Shown here: piece after piece, positions 33,376 to 40,902 of the stretch | Numbering within the stretch: the stretch's first letter is position 1 | Layout: every line of letters begins with the position of its first letter | Virus record (IMG/VR): IMGVR_UViG_3300045988_132610 | DNA from: a virus | Length of the DNA stretch: 41,961 bases | Direction: 5' to 3' (one strand) | Translations under genes and position numbers: made by a program | The notes under the pieces: generated by a model | Told to the model about the DNA's origin: nothing | What the model saw: the letters and a program-made list of their open reading frames with translations, nothing else | Databases searched by the model: none

Positions 33376-33382
33376 CTTTCAC

Positions 33383-33730
33383 ATGAGCAAATATGAATCA
33401 CTCTTCACGCAAAGAGTCATAGAGGTTATCGAAAATCGACGTCGTGACCGCAACATGACGATAGACGACCTTTGTACAGCTACCGGTATCGGACGTAACA
33501 GCTACTACAACAAGATTCGTGGTGATCGCTGTTTCAACACCGAAGAGATTGACGCCATCGCGAGGGTACTTGGCTGCGATCCACTCCTCATCCTTGAAGA
33601 GGCGTCTGCAAAAGCTCAGATTGAATCTGACGCTCAGCTTGCAAAGAAAGCGTTTGCTCGTATGCAAACACTGGTGGCCAAGCCGGGCGACACCAAGGCC
33701 GAACAGGAAGCATACGAGGAGCTGCCGTGA
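33383..33730 (+). CDS. CI-like XRE-family repressor
   Basis: ATG 33383 lies inside ORF 33260..33730: MSKYESLFTQRVIEVIENRRRDRNMTIDDLCTATGIGRNSYYNKIRGDRCFNTEEIDAIARVLGCDP... It has an HTH_XRE pattern and is divergent from cro. Confidence 0.75.
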   Translation: MSKYESLFTQRVIEVIENRRRDRNMTIDDLCTATGIGRNSYYNKIRGDRCFNTEEIDAIARVLGCDPLLILEEASAKAQIESDAQLAKKAFARMQTLVAKPGDTKAEQEAYEELP

Positions 33731-34110
33731 CGACAGACCTAGAGCAGGAAGCCAGGTGGTACGCGAAAAGAGTCATCATCACCCCGATGCAAACCGGGTA
33801 CCAAGGACTCTACGACGCGAACACCGAGACCATCTACATAGCGGACGACCTCACCCCAACCCAATACCGGTGCGTACTGGCCCACGAAATCAGCCACGCC
33901 AAACACCGCGACAGGGGAGGCCACGCCGACCGCTACACGGAACAACGAGCGGATATAGAAGCCGCCCGAATGCTCATAAGCCAAGTGGAATACCAGACCG
34001 CCGAAAACATATACGACGGAGACGAAACCCTCATGGCAAAAGAGATGAACGTAATGCCTTGGATAATCCAGGCATACAAACAATGGCTGCACGACAACGT
34101 GGCCGCGTAA
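33727..34110 (+). CDS. ImmA/IrrE-family zinc metallopeptidase
   Basis: 127 aa with HEISHAKH (HExxH). The GTG start forms a GTGA overlap with the repressor stop. Confidence 0.75.
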   Translation: MTTDLEQEARWYAKRVIITPMQTGYQGLYDANTETIYIADDLTPTQYRCVLAHEISHAKHRDRGGHADRYTEQRADIEAARMLISQVEYQTAENIYDGDETLMAKEMNVMPWIIQAYKQWLHDNVAA

Positions 34111-34119
34111 GGGGACGCA

Positions 34120-34899
34120 ATGGGCTGGATACTGTTCTTTTCCATAGGAATTCCACTGCTTTGCCTACCGGCATACATGCTTATCGAAATGACAAAACCC
34201 AAAGAGGAAAGATGGGGGCGGTCTCAGCCAAATCAAGCAGTGAAGGGCTCCGGTTCGGGGTCGATGAAGAATCCGCCGATTCGCCCTTCTGCATTCGTCG
34301 GGCTGGAAACCACTCAGCATCCTGCCGACCCTCGAACCTTGAAACCAGTCCAAGGATTGACTGAATACGTACCGATATACAGCGGTGCCTTCCTCCCCGC
34401 CGAACACCAACTTGATTTGGTGACGATGGACGACGAAGGCAACACCAACCTGCAGCTCAACCTGTATAACGGCCAACTGGTGCTGGAAGCGCCGAATGGC
34501 TTATTGCCGAATAGATCTAGTGGGCAGGTTTACAAGCTCGGTATCTATACCGGTTCCATACGAGGATCCGCATACTATGAGGAGGCCGTGCTGAATGCAG
34601 ATACGCGACCCTTAGCGAAGGCCGAATTAGTCAGAGAGCCCGGCAATAAATACGATAAGAATGCAGTGGCCATTCACGCATCTGGTGCTGGCTGTGTAGG
34701 TTACGTCAACAAGCAAAACGCCGCTCGATTATCAAAGCATCTTGGTGTCGGAGAGGAATATATGGCGATATTCACAAGCGGTTGTAAACGCGGCGATGAT
34801 TCCGTGCCTGTCTCGGTGTTGATTGCACCAACGGCAACCATGATGTCGATATTCCGCAACAGCGGGATACCTTTACCAAGTAATGGAATAACCCAATAA
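34120..34899 (+). CDS. membrane-anchored HIRAN-domain protein
   Basis: 259 aa with an N-terminal TM helix (MGWILFFSIGIPLLCLPAYMLI). The C-terminus (GSAYYEEAVLNADTRPLAKAELVREPGNKYDKNAVAIHASGAGCVGYVNKQNAARLSKHL) matches the HIRAN pattern. Confidence 0.65.
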   Translation: MGWILFFSIGIPLLCLPAYMLIEMTKPKEERWGRSQPNQAVKGSGSGSMKNPPIRPSAFVGLETTQHPADPRTLKPVQGLTEYVPIYSGAFLPAEHQLDLVTMDDEGNTNLQLNLYNGQLVLEAPNGLLPNRSSGQVYKLGIYTGSIRGSAYYEEAVLNADTRPLAKAELVREPGNKYDKNAVAIHASGAGCVGYVNKQNAARLSKHLGVGEEYMAIFTSGCKRGDDSVPVSVLIAPTATMMSIFRNSGIPLPSNGITQ

Positions 34900-34906
34900 A
34901 AGAATT

Positions 34907-34936
34907 GCCCTGCCGGCGTTGCAGCGTCAGCAGGGC
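34907..34936 (+). terminator. hairpin after the HIRAN gene
   Basis: GCCCTGC n16 GCAGGGC, 8 nt after the stop, with no clear T-run. Confidence 0.4.
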
Positions 34937-35072
34937 TGACTCTATAATCTGTTTTCTTCCGTTTTGGGCTCATTGAGAACAGATTCCGATTGTCTATATA
35001 TCGATTTCCGGCGTTTTCGATACATAGAAGAGTAATATTCGTATTCCAAACATCGATACAACGCGAAACGAG

Positions 35073-36323
35073 GTGATAGGAGAGATGGACTACAAAAGCA
35101 TCCGGCAGACCATCAACATGTCCCGGTCCACGGAGAAACCCACGGACGCCGCCCAACGCGAATACGAGTCACGGGTCAACGGATGGTCCACGTTCCGTTC
35201 CGGAATCACGTTCGACGGACACGAGATGTTCGCCGTATGCTTCAGGGAACTCGGCACGGCCCTCGACACCGTGAGGGAACTCGAAGGAAGCGTCGAATCA
35301 TTGTGGAACGACCTGCCGAACATCGCCAAACGGGCCTACCTGTTCGACCTCATCGGAGCCGAGGTGCAAAGCACCAACACCATCGAAGGCGTGCACACCA
35401 CACGCAAGGAGATAGCCGACGCACTGGAATCGGCCGCGGGCGAGGGCCCCCACAAACGGCTGACCGAATTCGCGAAACTGTTCCTCGGACTGTCCGGAGA
35501 GGACGGCGAACAGCTCGAACTGCCCCACGAGCTCAAGGACATCAGGAACATCTACGACCAGGTCACCGACGGCGAGATAGCCGACAAGGACAAACCGGAC
35601 GGCATACTGTTCCGAAAGGGAACGGTCTCCGTGTGGGACGACGGCAACGGGCGCAAACTCCACGACGGCGCATACCCCGAATCGGAGATCCAGGTGCAAC
35701 TCACCAAATGGATAACCCTGCTCACCGACTCGAACATACCGCCGGTGCTCCGGGCCGTGATGTGCCACTACGCCTTCGAATACGTCCACCCGTTCTACGA
35801 CGGCAACGGAAGGACGGGGCGATTCCTGCTGGCATTGCAGCTGAGCAAGCATCTGAGCGTGCCCACCGCGATATCGCTCAGCCCCGTCATAGCCGACGCC
35901 AAAGGTCAGTACTACAAGGCGTTCGACGACGCCCAGTTCCCGTTGAACTGCTCCGACGTGTCCCTGTTCTGCTACCGGATGGTGAAGTTCATCATCACCG
36001 CGCAGAAAAACATCATCTCCGATCTGGGGAACAAATGGGGCTCCCTGAAGGCCGCCTACGACAAGCTCAACGACTACGCCGAACAGAAACGCCTGTCCGG
36101 CGACCAGAAGGACATCCTGTTCTACCTGCTTCAGATTGAACTGTTCGACAACAACCCGCAACCGGCATCTCGCAAGGAACTGTGCTCGTTTCTCGAAGCC
36201 GGGAACACCAGGCTCATGAGCTCCATCAACGCGCTCCTCGGCCTCGGCCTCCTGCAGGAACACGGCAAACGGCCGATACGGTATTCATTGTCAGAAACGG
36301 CCCACAGGCAATTCCTGCAATAG
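35073..36323 (+). CDS. class II Fic-domain protein (putative AMP-transferase) with a C-terminal winged-helix domain
   Basis: Fic motif HPFYDGNGRTGRFL; N-terminal inhibitory-helix motif TNTIEG, matching (S/T)xxxE(G/N). The start could be GTG 35073 or ATG 35085. Confidence 0.8.
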   Translation: MIGEMDYKSIRQTINMSRSTEKPTDAAQREYESRVNGWSTFRSGITFDGHEMFAVCFRELGTALDTVRELEGSVESLWNDLPNIAKRAYLFDLIGAEVQSTNTIEGVHTTRKEIADALESAAGEGPHKRLTEFAKLFLGLSGEDGEQLELPHELKDIRNIYDQVTDGEIADKDKPDGILFRKGTVSVWDDGNGRKLHDGAYPESEIQVQLTKWITLLTDSNIPPVLRAVMCHYAFEYVHPFYDGNGRTGRFLLALQLSKHLSVPTAISLSPVIADAKGQYYKAFDDAQFPLNCSDVSLFCYRMVKFIITAQKNIISDLGNKWGSLKAAYDKLNDYAEQKRLSGDQKDILFYLLQIELFDNNPQPASRKELCSFLEAGNTRLMSSINALLGLGLLQEHGKRPIRYSLSETAHRQFLQ

Positions 36324-36333
36324 AAAAAAGAAT

Positions 36334-36364
36334 CGCCCTGTTGATCTTGACCATCAACAGGGCG
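36334..36364 (+). terminator. hairpin after the Fic gene
   Basis: CGCCCTGTTGAT cttgacc ATCAACAGGGCG, a 12-bp stem lying 11 nt after the stop. Confidence 0.5.
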
Positions 36365-36431
36365 GGTGAAACATCGACCAGCTTGCTTATCAGAAAGGAG
36401 GACGCTTCGTCTTTTATCCTACACGGGGCGA

Positions 36432-36464
36432 AGCATACCCGAAATGGCTAACGTCACCAGATGA
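36432..36464 (+). repeat. remnant copy of the integrase leader and first six codons (AGCATACCC..ATGGCTAACGTCACCAGAT then TGA)
   Basis: Matches 37727..37754 (AGCATACCC ATGGCGAACGTCACCAGAT) with one mismatch and a 3-nt indel. Both copies are preceded by a GCTTCG/CGAAGC hairpin. Confidence 0.75.
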
Positions 36465-36693
36465 AATCAAAAACAGACGTCTCCTCTTGATAAAGGAACT
36501 AGTCGTAATACCTCTCGCATACGGAATATGAAACAGCTTGATTCCAACGAAAGTGGTGGTGCCGAAACACGGCGTTTCGCATGATAAAGGACGGTGGAAG
36601 CCAGTGATTGCAACGATTCAGCGATGGTGCCAACACTAATGCTGTATACTCATCATTAGATTCACTTAGATTTGATAAAGAAACGAGGCGGAA

Positions 36694-37611
36694 ATGAGTG
36701 AACGCGAATCAGGGGAGACCGCTCGATACAGCGGAATCCTGCATCTCGGCGACGACATAGAAATACCCTGCGGCGTCATGGATGACGGCACCAGGCTCCT
36801 CTCGGAGAGAGCCGTGACCAAAGCCCTAGGCGGCAAGCGAGGAGGCTCCCACTGGCTGCGCCAGAAAGAAGGTAGCCAACTGCCCGTCTACGCCTCGGCC
36901 AACAACCTGCAACCCTACATCTCCGCGTCCTTGGGAATAAAACTGGTGTCCCACCGACTGTGGAGAGCCAAAGGGACGGGCGGCTTCGGAGCCTACGGAA
37001 TAGACGCCACGGCGCTGCCGGAGATTTGCGAAGTGTACCTCAACGCGCGAAAGGCGGGAGCCCTCACGGCATCGCAGCAGCACATAGCCGAACAGGCTGA
37101 AATACTGATGATCGCCCTGGCCAAAGTCGGTGTCGTGGCCCTCGTGGACGAAGCCACCGGCTATCAGACGGTAAGGCAGCGCGACGAGCTTCAAAGGCTC
37201 CTCAGCAAGTACATAGCGGAGGAGCTGCAACCGTGGGCGAAACGATTCCCGGACGAGTTCTACACGCAGATGTTCCGCCTACGCGGATGGGATTACGGCA
37301 GCCTAGGCGCAGGAGGTAAGAAACCGCGTATCGTAGGCAAGCTCACGAACGAAATAGTGTACGAACGGTTGCCCAAGGGCGTTCTGGAGGAATTGAAGCG
37401 GAAGAATCCGCCAACCGTCGAAGGTCGAAGAAAATACAAGCATCACCAATTTCTCACGGAGGATATCGGAGACGAGCATCTGGAACGTCAAATCAGCGCC
37501 GATATCACACTAATGCGCGCATCCGGCAGCTGGGCCGAGTTCGAGCGTCTGCTTGACCGAGCCTATCCCAGATTCGGAGCGGTGCAGGGAGAACTGGATA
37601 TAAAAGACTAA
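36694..37611 (+). CDS. P63C-domain protein
   Basis: 305 aa with an RBS GAGGCGGAA. The sequence (…ALVDEATGYQTVRQRDELQRLLSKYIAEELQPWAKRFPDEFYTQMFRLRGW…) matches my recollection of the P63C family. It lies in an AT-richer block. Confidence 0.6.
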   Translation: MSERESGETARYSGILHLGDDIEIPCGVMDDGTRLLSERAVTKALGGKRGGSHWLRQKEGSQLPVYASANNLQPYISASLGIKLVSHRLWRAKGTGGFGAYGIDATALPEICEVYLNARKAGALTASQQHIAEQAEILMIALAKVGVVALVDEATGYQTVRQRDELQRLLSKYIAEELQPWAKRFPDEFYTQMFRLRGWDYGSLGAGGKKPRIVGKLTNEIVYERLPKGVLEELKRKNPPTVEGRRKYKHHQFLTEDIGDEHLERQISADITLMRASGSWAEFERLLDRAYPRFGAVQGELDIKD

Positions 37612-37618
37612 ATTAATT

Positions 37619-37650
37619 GCCCTTCATGCTGCTGGAACAGCATGAAGGGC
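37619..37650 (+). terminator. strong hairpin after the P63C gene
   Basis: GCCCTTCATGCTG ctggaa CAGCATGAAGGGC, a 13-bp perfect stem lying 7 nt after the stop. Confidence 0.6.
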
Positions 37651-37735
37651 GGTGAAGCAAAATTATCAGTTTGTTCGAGATTGATAGCCGCTTCGCGCTC
37701 CAGTCTAGCAGCGAAGCGGGGAATGGAGCATACCC

Positions 37736-38911
37736 ATGGCGAACGTCACCAGATACAAGACCAGTAAGGGTGAAACCAGATACCGTGTGAGGTACCGCAA
37801 GCCGGACGGCACGCAGACCGATAAACGAGGCTTCCGCCGCAAGATAGATGCGGAGAACTGGGCGGCCGAGCACGTCACCATCGCCAAGGCAACCAACAGC
37901 TACGTGGATCCGGAAGGCGGCAAACGGCTCGTCGGAGACCTGTATGAGCAGTGGCTGAAGGAGAAATGGCCGTTTTGGAAGGAAACCACACGGGTCAACG
38001 CCACGGAAGCATGGCGACTCTACTGCGAGGCTCGATGGGCCAACCGGAGAATCGGCACCATCGCCAGCGCCGAGGTCCAGGCGTGGATCAGCGACATCAT
38101 CGCGAGCGCCGGCGCTCCATCCGTGAGCCGTCCGTACCAGACCATGCTCGGCATCTGCCGCATGGCCGTCCGGGACAAGCTCATACTCGACAATCCATGT
38201 GAAAACGTTGAACTCCCCAAGCTGCCGAGGCGCAAGAGCCGTCGCGTGTACCTGACCATATCCCGGCTGCGCGCATTCGCCGACGAATGCGCCAGAGGAA
38301 AGCATCTGGGAGCGGAGCGGCGGGCGCTCGTGCTGACACTGGGCTTCTGCGGATTGCGCTGGGGCGAGGCGGCGGCGTTGAAGGCCCGTGACCTGGACTT
38401 CGATCGGGGAGTGCTGCATGTGGGCGGCAACCTCGTGTACGTCGGGGCACGATGGGTCGAGGGGTCGCCGAAGAACAGCGAGGAACGCGACGTGCCCATG
38501 CCTCTCATCGTCATGGAAGCGCTGAAACCGATATGCGGGGAACGCGAACCGGACGAAAGGGTGTTCCGTGATCTGCGGGGCGGCCCGATCATGAAGCAGA
38601 GCACGGCGAAGACCACAGGCTGGTGGCATCACGCGCTGGTGCGCCTGGGCTGGCCGAAGGAGGAATGGCCCACACCGCATGACCTGCGCCATACCGCGGC
38701 ATCGCTGGCCGTGCACGCCGGGGCGAACGTCAAGGCGCTGCAGCGGATGCTCGGCCACAAGAACGCGAGCATGACGTTGGATGTGTATGCGGATCTGTTC
38801 GACAGCGACCTGATGGATGTGGCCCGTCTGCTCGATGCCGCCGTGCAGGTGGAGACGGGCATGGGAGAATGTGGGCAAAATGTGGGCAAAAACGTTTTGA
38901 AGCCCGTCTGA
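37736..38911 (+). CDS. int: phage integrase (tyrosine recombinase)
   Basis: 391 aa with an N-terminal arm-binding-type start (MANVTRYKTSKGETRYRVRYRKPDGTQTDKRGF), CGLRWGEA (Arg), HDLRHTAASL (HxxR), and LGHKNASMTLDVYADLF (His, Tyr). Confidence 0.9.
   Translation: MANVTRYKTSKGETRYRVRYRKPDGTQTDKRGFRRKIDAENWAAEHVTIAKATNSYVDPEGGKRLVGDLYEQWLKEKWPFWKETTRVNATEAWRLYCEARWANRRIGTIASAEVQAWISDIIASAGAPSVSRPYQTMLGICRMAVRDKLILDNPCENVELPKLPRRKSRRVYLTISRLRAFADECARGKHLGAERRALVLTLGFCGLRWGEAAALKARDLDFDRGVLHVGGNLVYVGARWVEGSPKNSEERDVPMPLIVMEALKPICGEREPDERVFRDLRGGPIMKQSTAKTTGWWHHALVRLGWPKEEWPTPHDLRHTAASLAVHAGANVKALQRMLGHKNASMTLDVYADLFDSDLMDVARLLDAAVQVETGMGECGQNVGKNVLKPV
38869..38890 (+). repeat. tandem pair ATGTGGGCAAA x2 inside the integrase 3-prime end (candidate arm-type site)
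   Basis: Read directly. An almost identical pair lies at 39090..39111. Confidence 0.7.
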
Positions 38912-39004
38912 AACCCTCAGAAACGTTGGAATCACGCCATTCCTGCGAATGGTGGTTCTTCTGCAAGTTGAAGGACGCACTGAGCTGAGAGCGGGTTGGA
39001 AAAT

Positions 39005-39046
39005 AGCCGCTTTGCCTTACGGGAGTAGGGCTGAGCGGCTTTTTTC
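39005..39046 (+). terminator. intrinsic terminator downstream of int
   Basis: AGCCGCT n22 AGCGGCT followed by TTTTTTCG. Confidence 0.65.
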
Positions 39047-39084
39047 GTTTTAACCAGTTTTAACGGTTTTTAACCTGTTTTTAC
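39047..39084 (+). repeat. four helically phased T-tract repeats (GTTTTAAC, GTTTTAAC, GTTTTTAAC, GTTTTTAC), about 10 bp apart
   Basis: Read directly: cgttttaaccagttttaacggtttttaacctgtttttacgg. Confidence 0.75.
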
Positions 39085-39089
39085 GGAAA

Positions 39090-39111
39090 ATGTGGGCAAA
39101 ATGTGGGCAGA
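39090..39111 (+). repeat. tandem pair ATGTGGGCAAA ATGTGGGCAGA (second candidate arm-type site)
   Basis: 21/22 identical to 38869..38890, in the same orientation, 221 bp downstream. Confidence 0.7.
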
Positions 39112-39148
39112 AATCGAGCCCGCGAAGCCCTCTGCCACAACGCGAAAT

Positions 39149-39208
39149 CGGCCCCGTCCGGCAGCAGTCAAGCTCTGTGCGAGCTGTCTGCGATGCCGGA
39201 CGGGGCCG
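39149..39208 (-). terminator. 15-bp-stem hairpin downstream of the holin gene
   Basis: CGGCCCCGTCCGGCA n30 TGCCGGACGGGGCCG, 13 nt after the holin stop. It lies convergent with int. Confidence 0.55.
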
Positions 39209-39220
39209 AACTATGTGTGG

Positions 39221-39532
39221 TTATGCGGCGCGGTCGAGGCGTTGTTTGATGGCGCTGACGCCGATGAGCGCGCCGGCGAGGATGCCGAGCGCGTTGAGCG
39301 TGGTCACTATCGCGTCCACGTGAGGCCAGCCCCATGCGGGGCCGACCGTGTTGACGAACAGGGCGAGTGCGGGCAGGACGATGAGGCCGAGCCATTTGAG
39401 GATGTCGTAGACGCGGCTGGGGATGAGCCAGTCGGGCACGTCATGGGTGACGTCGGCCGTCTCAGGCCAGTCGCTCACATCGACGCCGGGAAGCGTTTCG
39501 CCGGTGTCGGTCGTGTTTTTGCTGTCGGTCAT
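39221..39532 (-). CDS. holin (r1t-like, two TM segments)
   Basis: ATG 39532 inside ORF 39221..39727: MTDSKNTTDTGETLPGVDVSDWPETADVTHDVPDWLIPSRVYDILKWLGLIVLPALALFVNTVGPAWGWPHVDAIVTTLNALGILAGALIGVSAIKQRLDRAA. Confidence 0.7.
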   Translation of the reverse strand: MTDSKNTTDTGETLPGVDVSDWPETADVTHDVPDWLIPSRVYDILKWLGLIVLPALALFVNTVGPAWGWPHVDAIVTTLNALGILAGALIGVSAIKQRLDRAA

Positions 39533-39566
39533 GTTTGCTCCGATCAATAAGGGATGATGATGGGGT

Positions 39567-39600
39567 GATGCCGTCACCCGGTCAAGCGGGTGGCGGCATC
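39567..39600 (-). other. 14-bp-stem hairpin between the endolysin and holin genes
   Basis: GATGCCGTCACCCG gtcaag CGGGTGGCGGCATC with one non-Watson-Crick position. Confidence 0.5.
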
Positions 39601-39609
39601 TGTTGAGTC

Positions 39610-40734
39610 TCAGCGGCAGGTCACCACGTCGCCCACATAGTAGACGTTGATGTTGCCGGAGGGTACCGTGCATTGGCTGACGCTGTAACCGTGCGCGGTG
39701 GCGAAATCCCACACGGTGTCGCCCCATTGAAGAACCTTGGAGACCCCGCCGGACGATGCGGGGGCGGTGCCGCCGCCGTAGGTTACGACGTCGCCCACGT
39801 AGTAGCGGTTGATGTCACCGCTCGGCGTATGCCACGCGGACAGGGGCCAAGCATCATAGGCGACGGCGAGTCCCCAGATGGTCTCGCCCCACTGCATGAC
39901 GTGGCTGATGCCACCCGTGTTGGTGTTGGCCGGGGGAGTGCTCGGCTGCACGGGCGCGGGCGTTGCCGGGGCCGGGGCTGTGGAGCCGCCGGTGGGGTTG
40001 GCGTACAAATCCCACTGCCATGCCTCGCCGCGGAACACATTGAGATCGATGGGACTCCACGTGTTGACCACGCCGGTGCCGGAGTACTGGCGCATGGCCT
40101 CGCCGTATGCGCCCAGCATCCACGGGGATGCCTGATAGCCGGTCGGGCTCATGTTCGCGTATTGTGCGATCCACAGGCCGTACCGGTTGCGGATGTCCTG
40201 CGGGATGGTGCCGGCCACCGGGCCGGTGTACAGCAATGGGCGCACATCGCCGCTCAACCGTTCACACTCCGCCATGAATCGGCGTACCCAATCCCAATCG
40301 CCCCATGCGGGGTTGTCGTCCATCTCCCAATCCAACGCCACGATGCCGTGACGCCAATAGTTCGACGTGTTGCGATAGAAGAATTGGGCTTCCGCCTCCG
40401 GGTTGCCTCCCATCGCGTAGTGATACAAACCGAATTTCTTGCCGGATGCTTGTGCCTGGGCGATCATGCGGTTGGCGTCCGTGTTGACGCCGGACACCAA
40501 GCAGTTGTTGTTGACTTGCCCGGTGCCCCATGTGGTGCCGACCACGATGAAATCGGCCTGCATGTTGTACACGTCCGCGCCGCACTGCCAGTTGCTCATG
40601 TCCACGCCCTGCATGTCGGCCATCGCCGCCGGGGCGAACGCCATGGAGACCGCGACGGCAAGCGCGGTCAGCGTCATGCCCACGCGCCGGTGCAGGTGTC
40701 CGTGTTTCGGCTTGCCTTTGTTGAGGATTCCCAC
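39610..40734 (-). CDS. endolysin: Sec-type signal peptide, GH25 muramidase domain and two LysM-like repeats
   Basis: ORF track gives 39610..40779; GTG 40734 lies 5 nt after AAGGAG. Signal peptide: KGKPKHGHLHRRVGMTLTALAVAVSMAFAPAAMA-D. GH25 pattern: GVDMSNWQ...FGLYHYA...VALDWE. C-terminal repeats: ISHVMQWGETIWGLAVAY...YYVGDVVTY and VSKVLQWGDTVWDFATAH...YYVGDVVT. Confidence 0.8.
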   Translation of the reverse strand: MGILNKGKPKHGHLHRRVGMTLTALAVAVSMAFAPAAMADMQGVDMSNWQCGADVYNMQADFIVVGTTWGTGQVNNNCLVSGVNTDANRMIAQAQASGKKFGLYHYAMGGNPEAEAQFFYRNTSNYWRHGIVALDWEMDDNPAWGDWDWVRRFMAECERLSGDVRPLLYTGPVAGTIPQDIRNRYGLWIAQYANMSPTGYQASPWMLGAYGEAMRQYSGTGVVNTWSPIDLNVFRGEAWQWDLYANPTGGSTAPAPATPAPVQPSTPPANTNTGGISHVMQWGETIWGLAVAYDAWPLSAWHTPSGDINRYYVGDVVTYGGGTAPASSGGVSKVLQWGDTVWDFATAHGYSVSQCTVPSGNINVYYVGDVVTCR

Positions 40735-40773
40735 ATCCTCTCCTTCCCGCCCCGAGTCAAGGGGCAATAGAAA

Positions 40774-40796
40774 AGCCATCCCGGAATGGGATGGCT
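40774..40796 (-). terminator. intrinsic terminator upstream of the endolysin gene
   Basis: AGCCATCCC n5 GGGATGGCT, followed on the minus strand by TTTCTATT. Confidence 0.5.
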
Positions 40797-40815
40797 TTGA
40801 AAACCTGTGTGAAAA

Positions 40816-40902
40816 TCAATGCCTGTGCGCGCCATGATTGAATATGATGATGAGCGCGAGCAGCAGCAGGTATATGCCGCCTGCGATCATGAGATGCGTC
40901 AT
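40816..40902 (-). CDS. 28-aa single-pass membrane peptide
   Basis: MTHLMIAGGIYLLLLALIIIFNHGAHRH, with an ATGA overlap on the stop of 40899..41288. Too short for the ORF track. Confidence 0.45.
   Translation of the reverse strand: MTHLMIAGGIYLLLLALIIIFNHGAHRH

Noticed and set aside
35183-36263. 318-aa plus-strand and 321-aa minus-strand ORFs overlapping the Fic gene
   Set aside because: They are alternative frames of the Fic gene. Only the 35073..36323 frame contains the HPFYDGNGRTGR motif, and the others are Arg/Pro/His-rich.
37613-38980. 455-aa minus-strand ORF opposite the integrase gene
   Set aside because: It is antisense to an ORF with a complete tyrosine-recombinase catalytic signature. 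Its translation is Arg/His/Pro-rich and featureless.
38912-39004. Possible tRNA gene or tRNA 3-prime fragment as the attP core
   Set aside because: The small hairpin GGAAT cacgcc ATTCC has a 6-nt loop without a TTCGAAT-type T-loop, and there is no acceptor-stem/CCA context. I could not support a tRNA call by eye.
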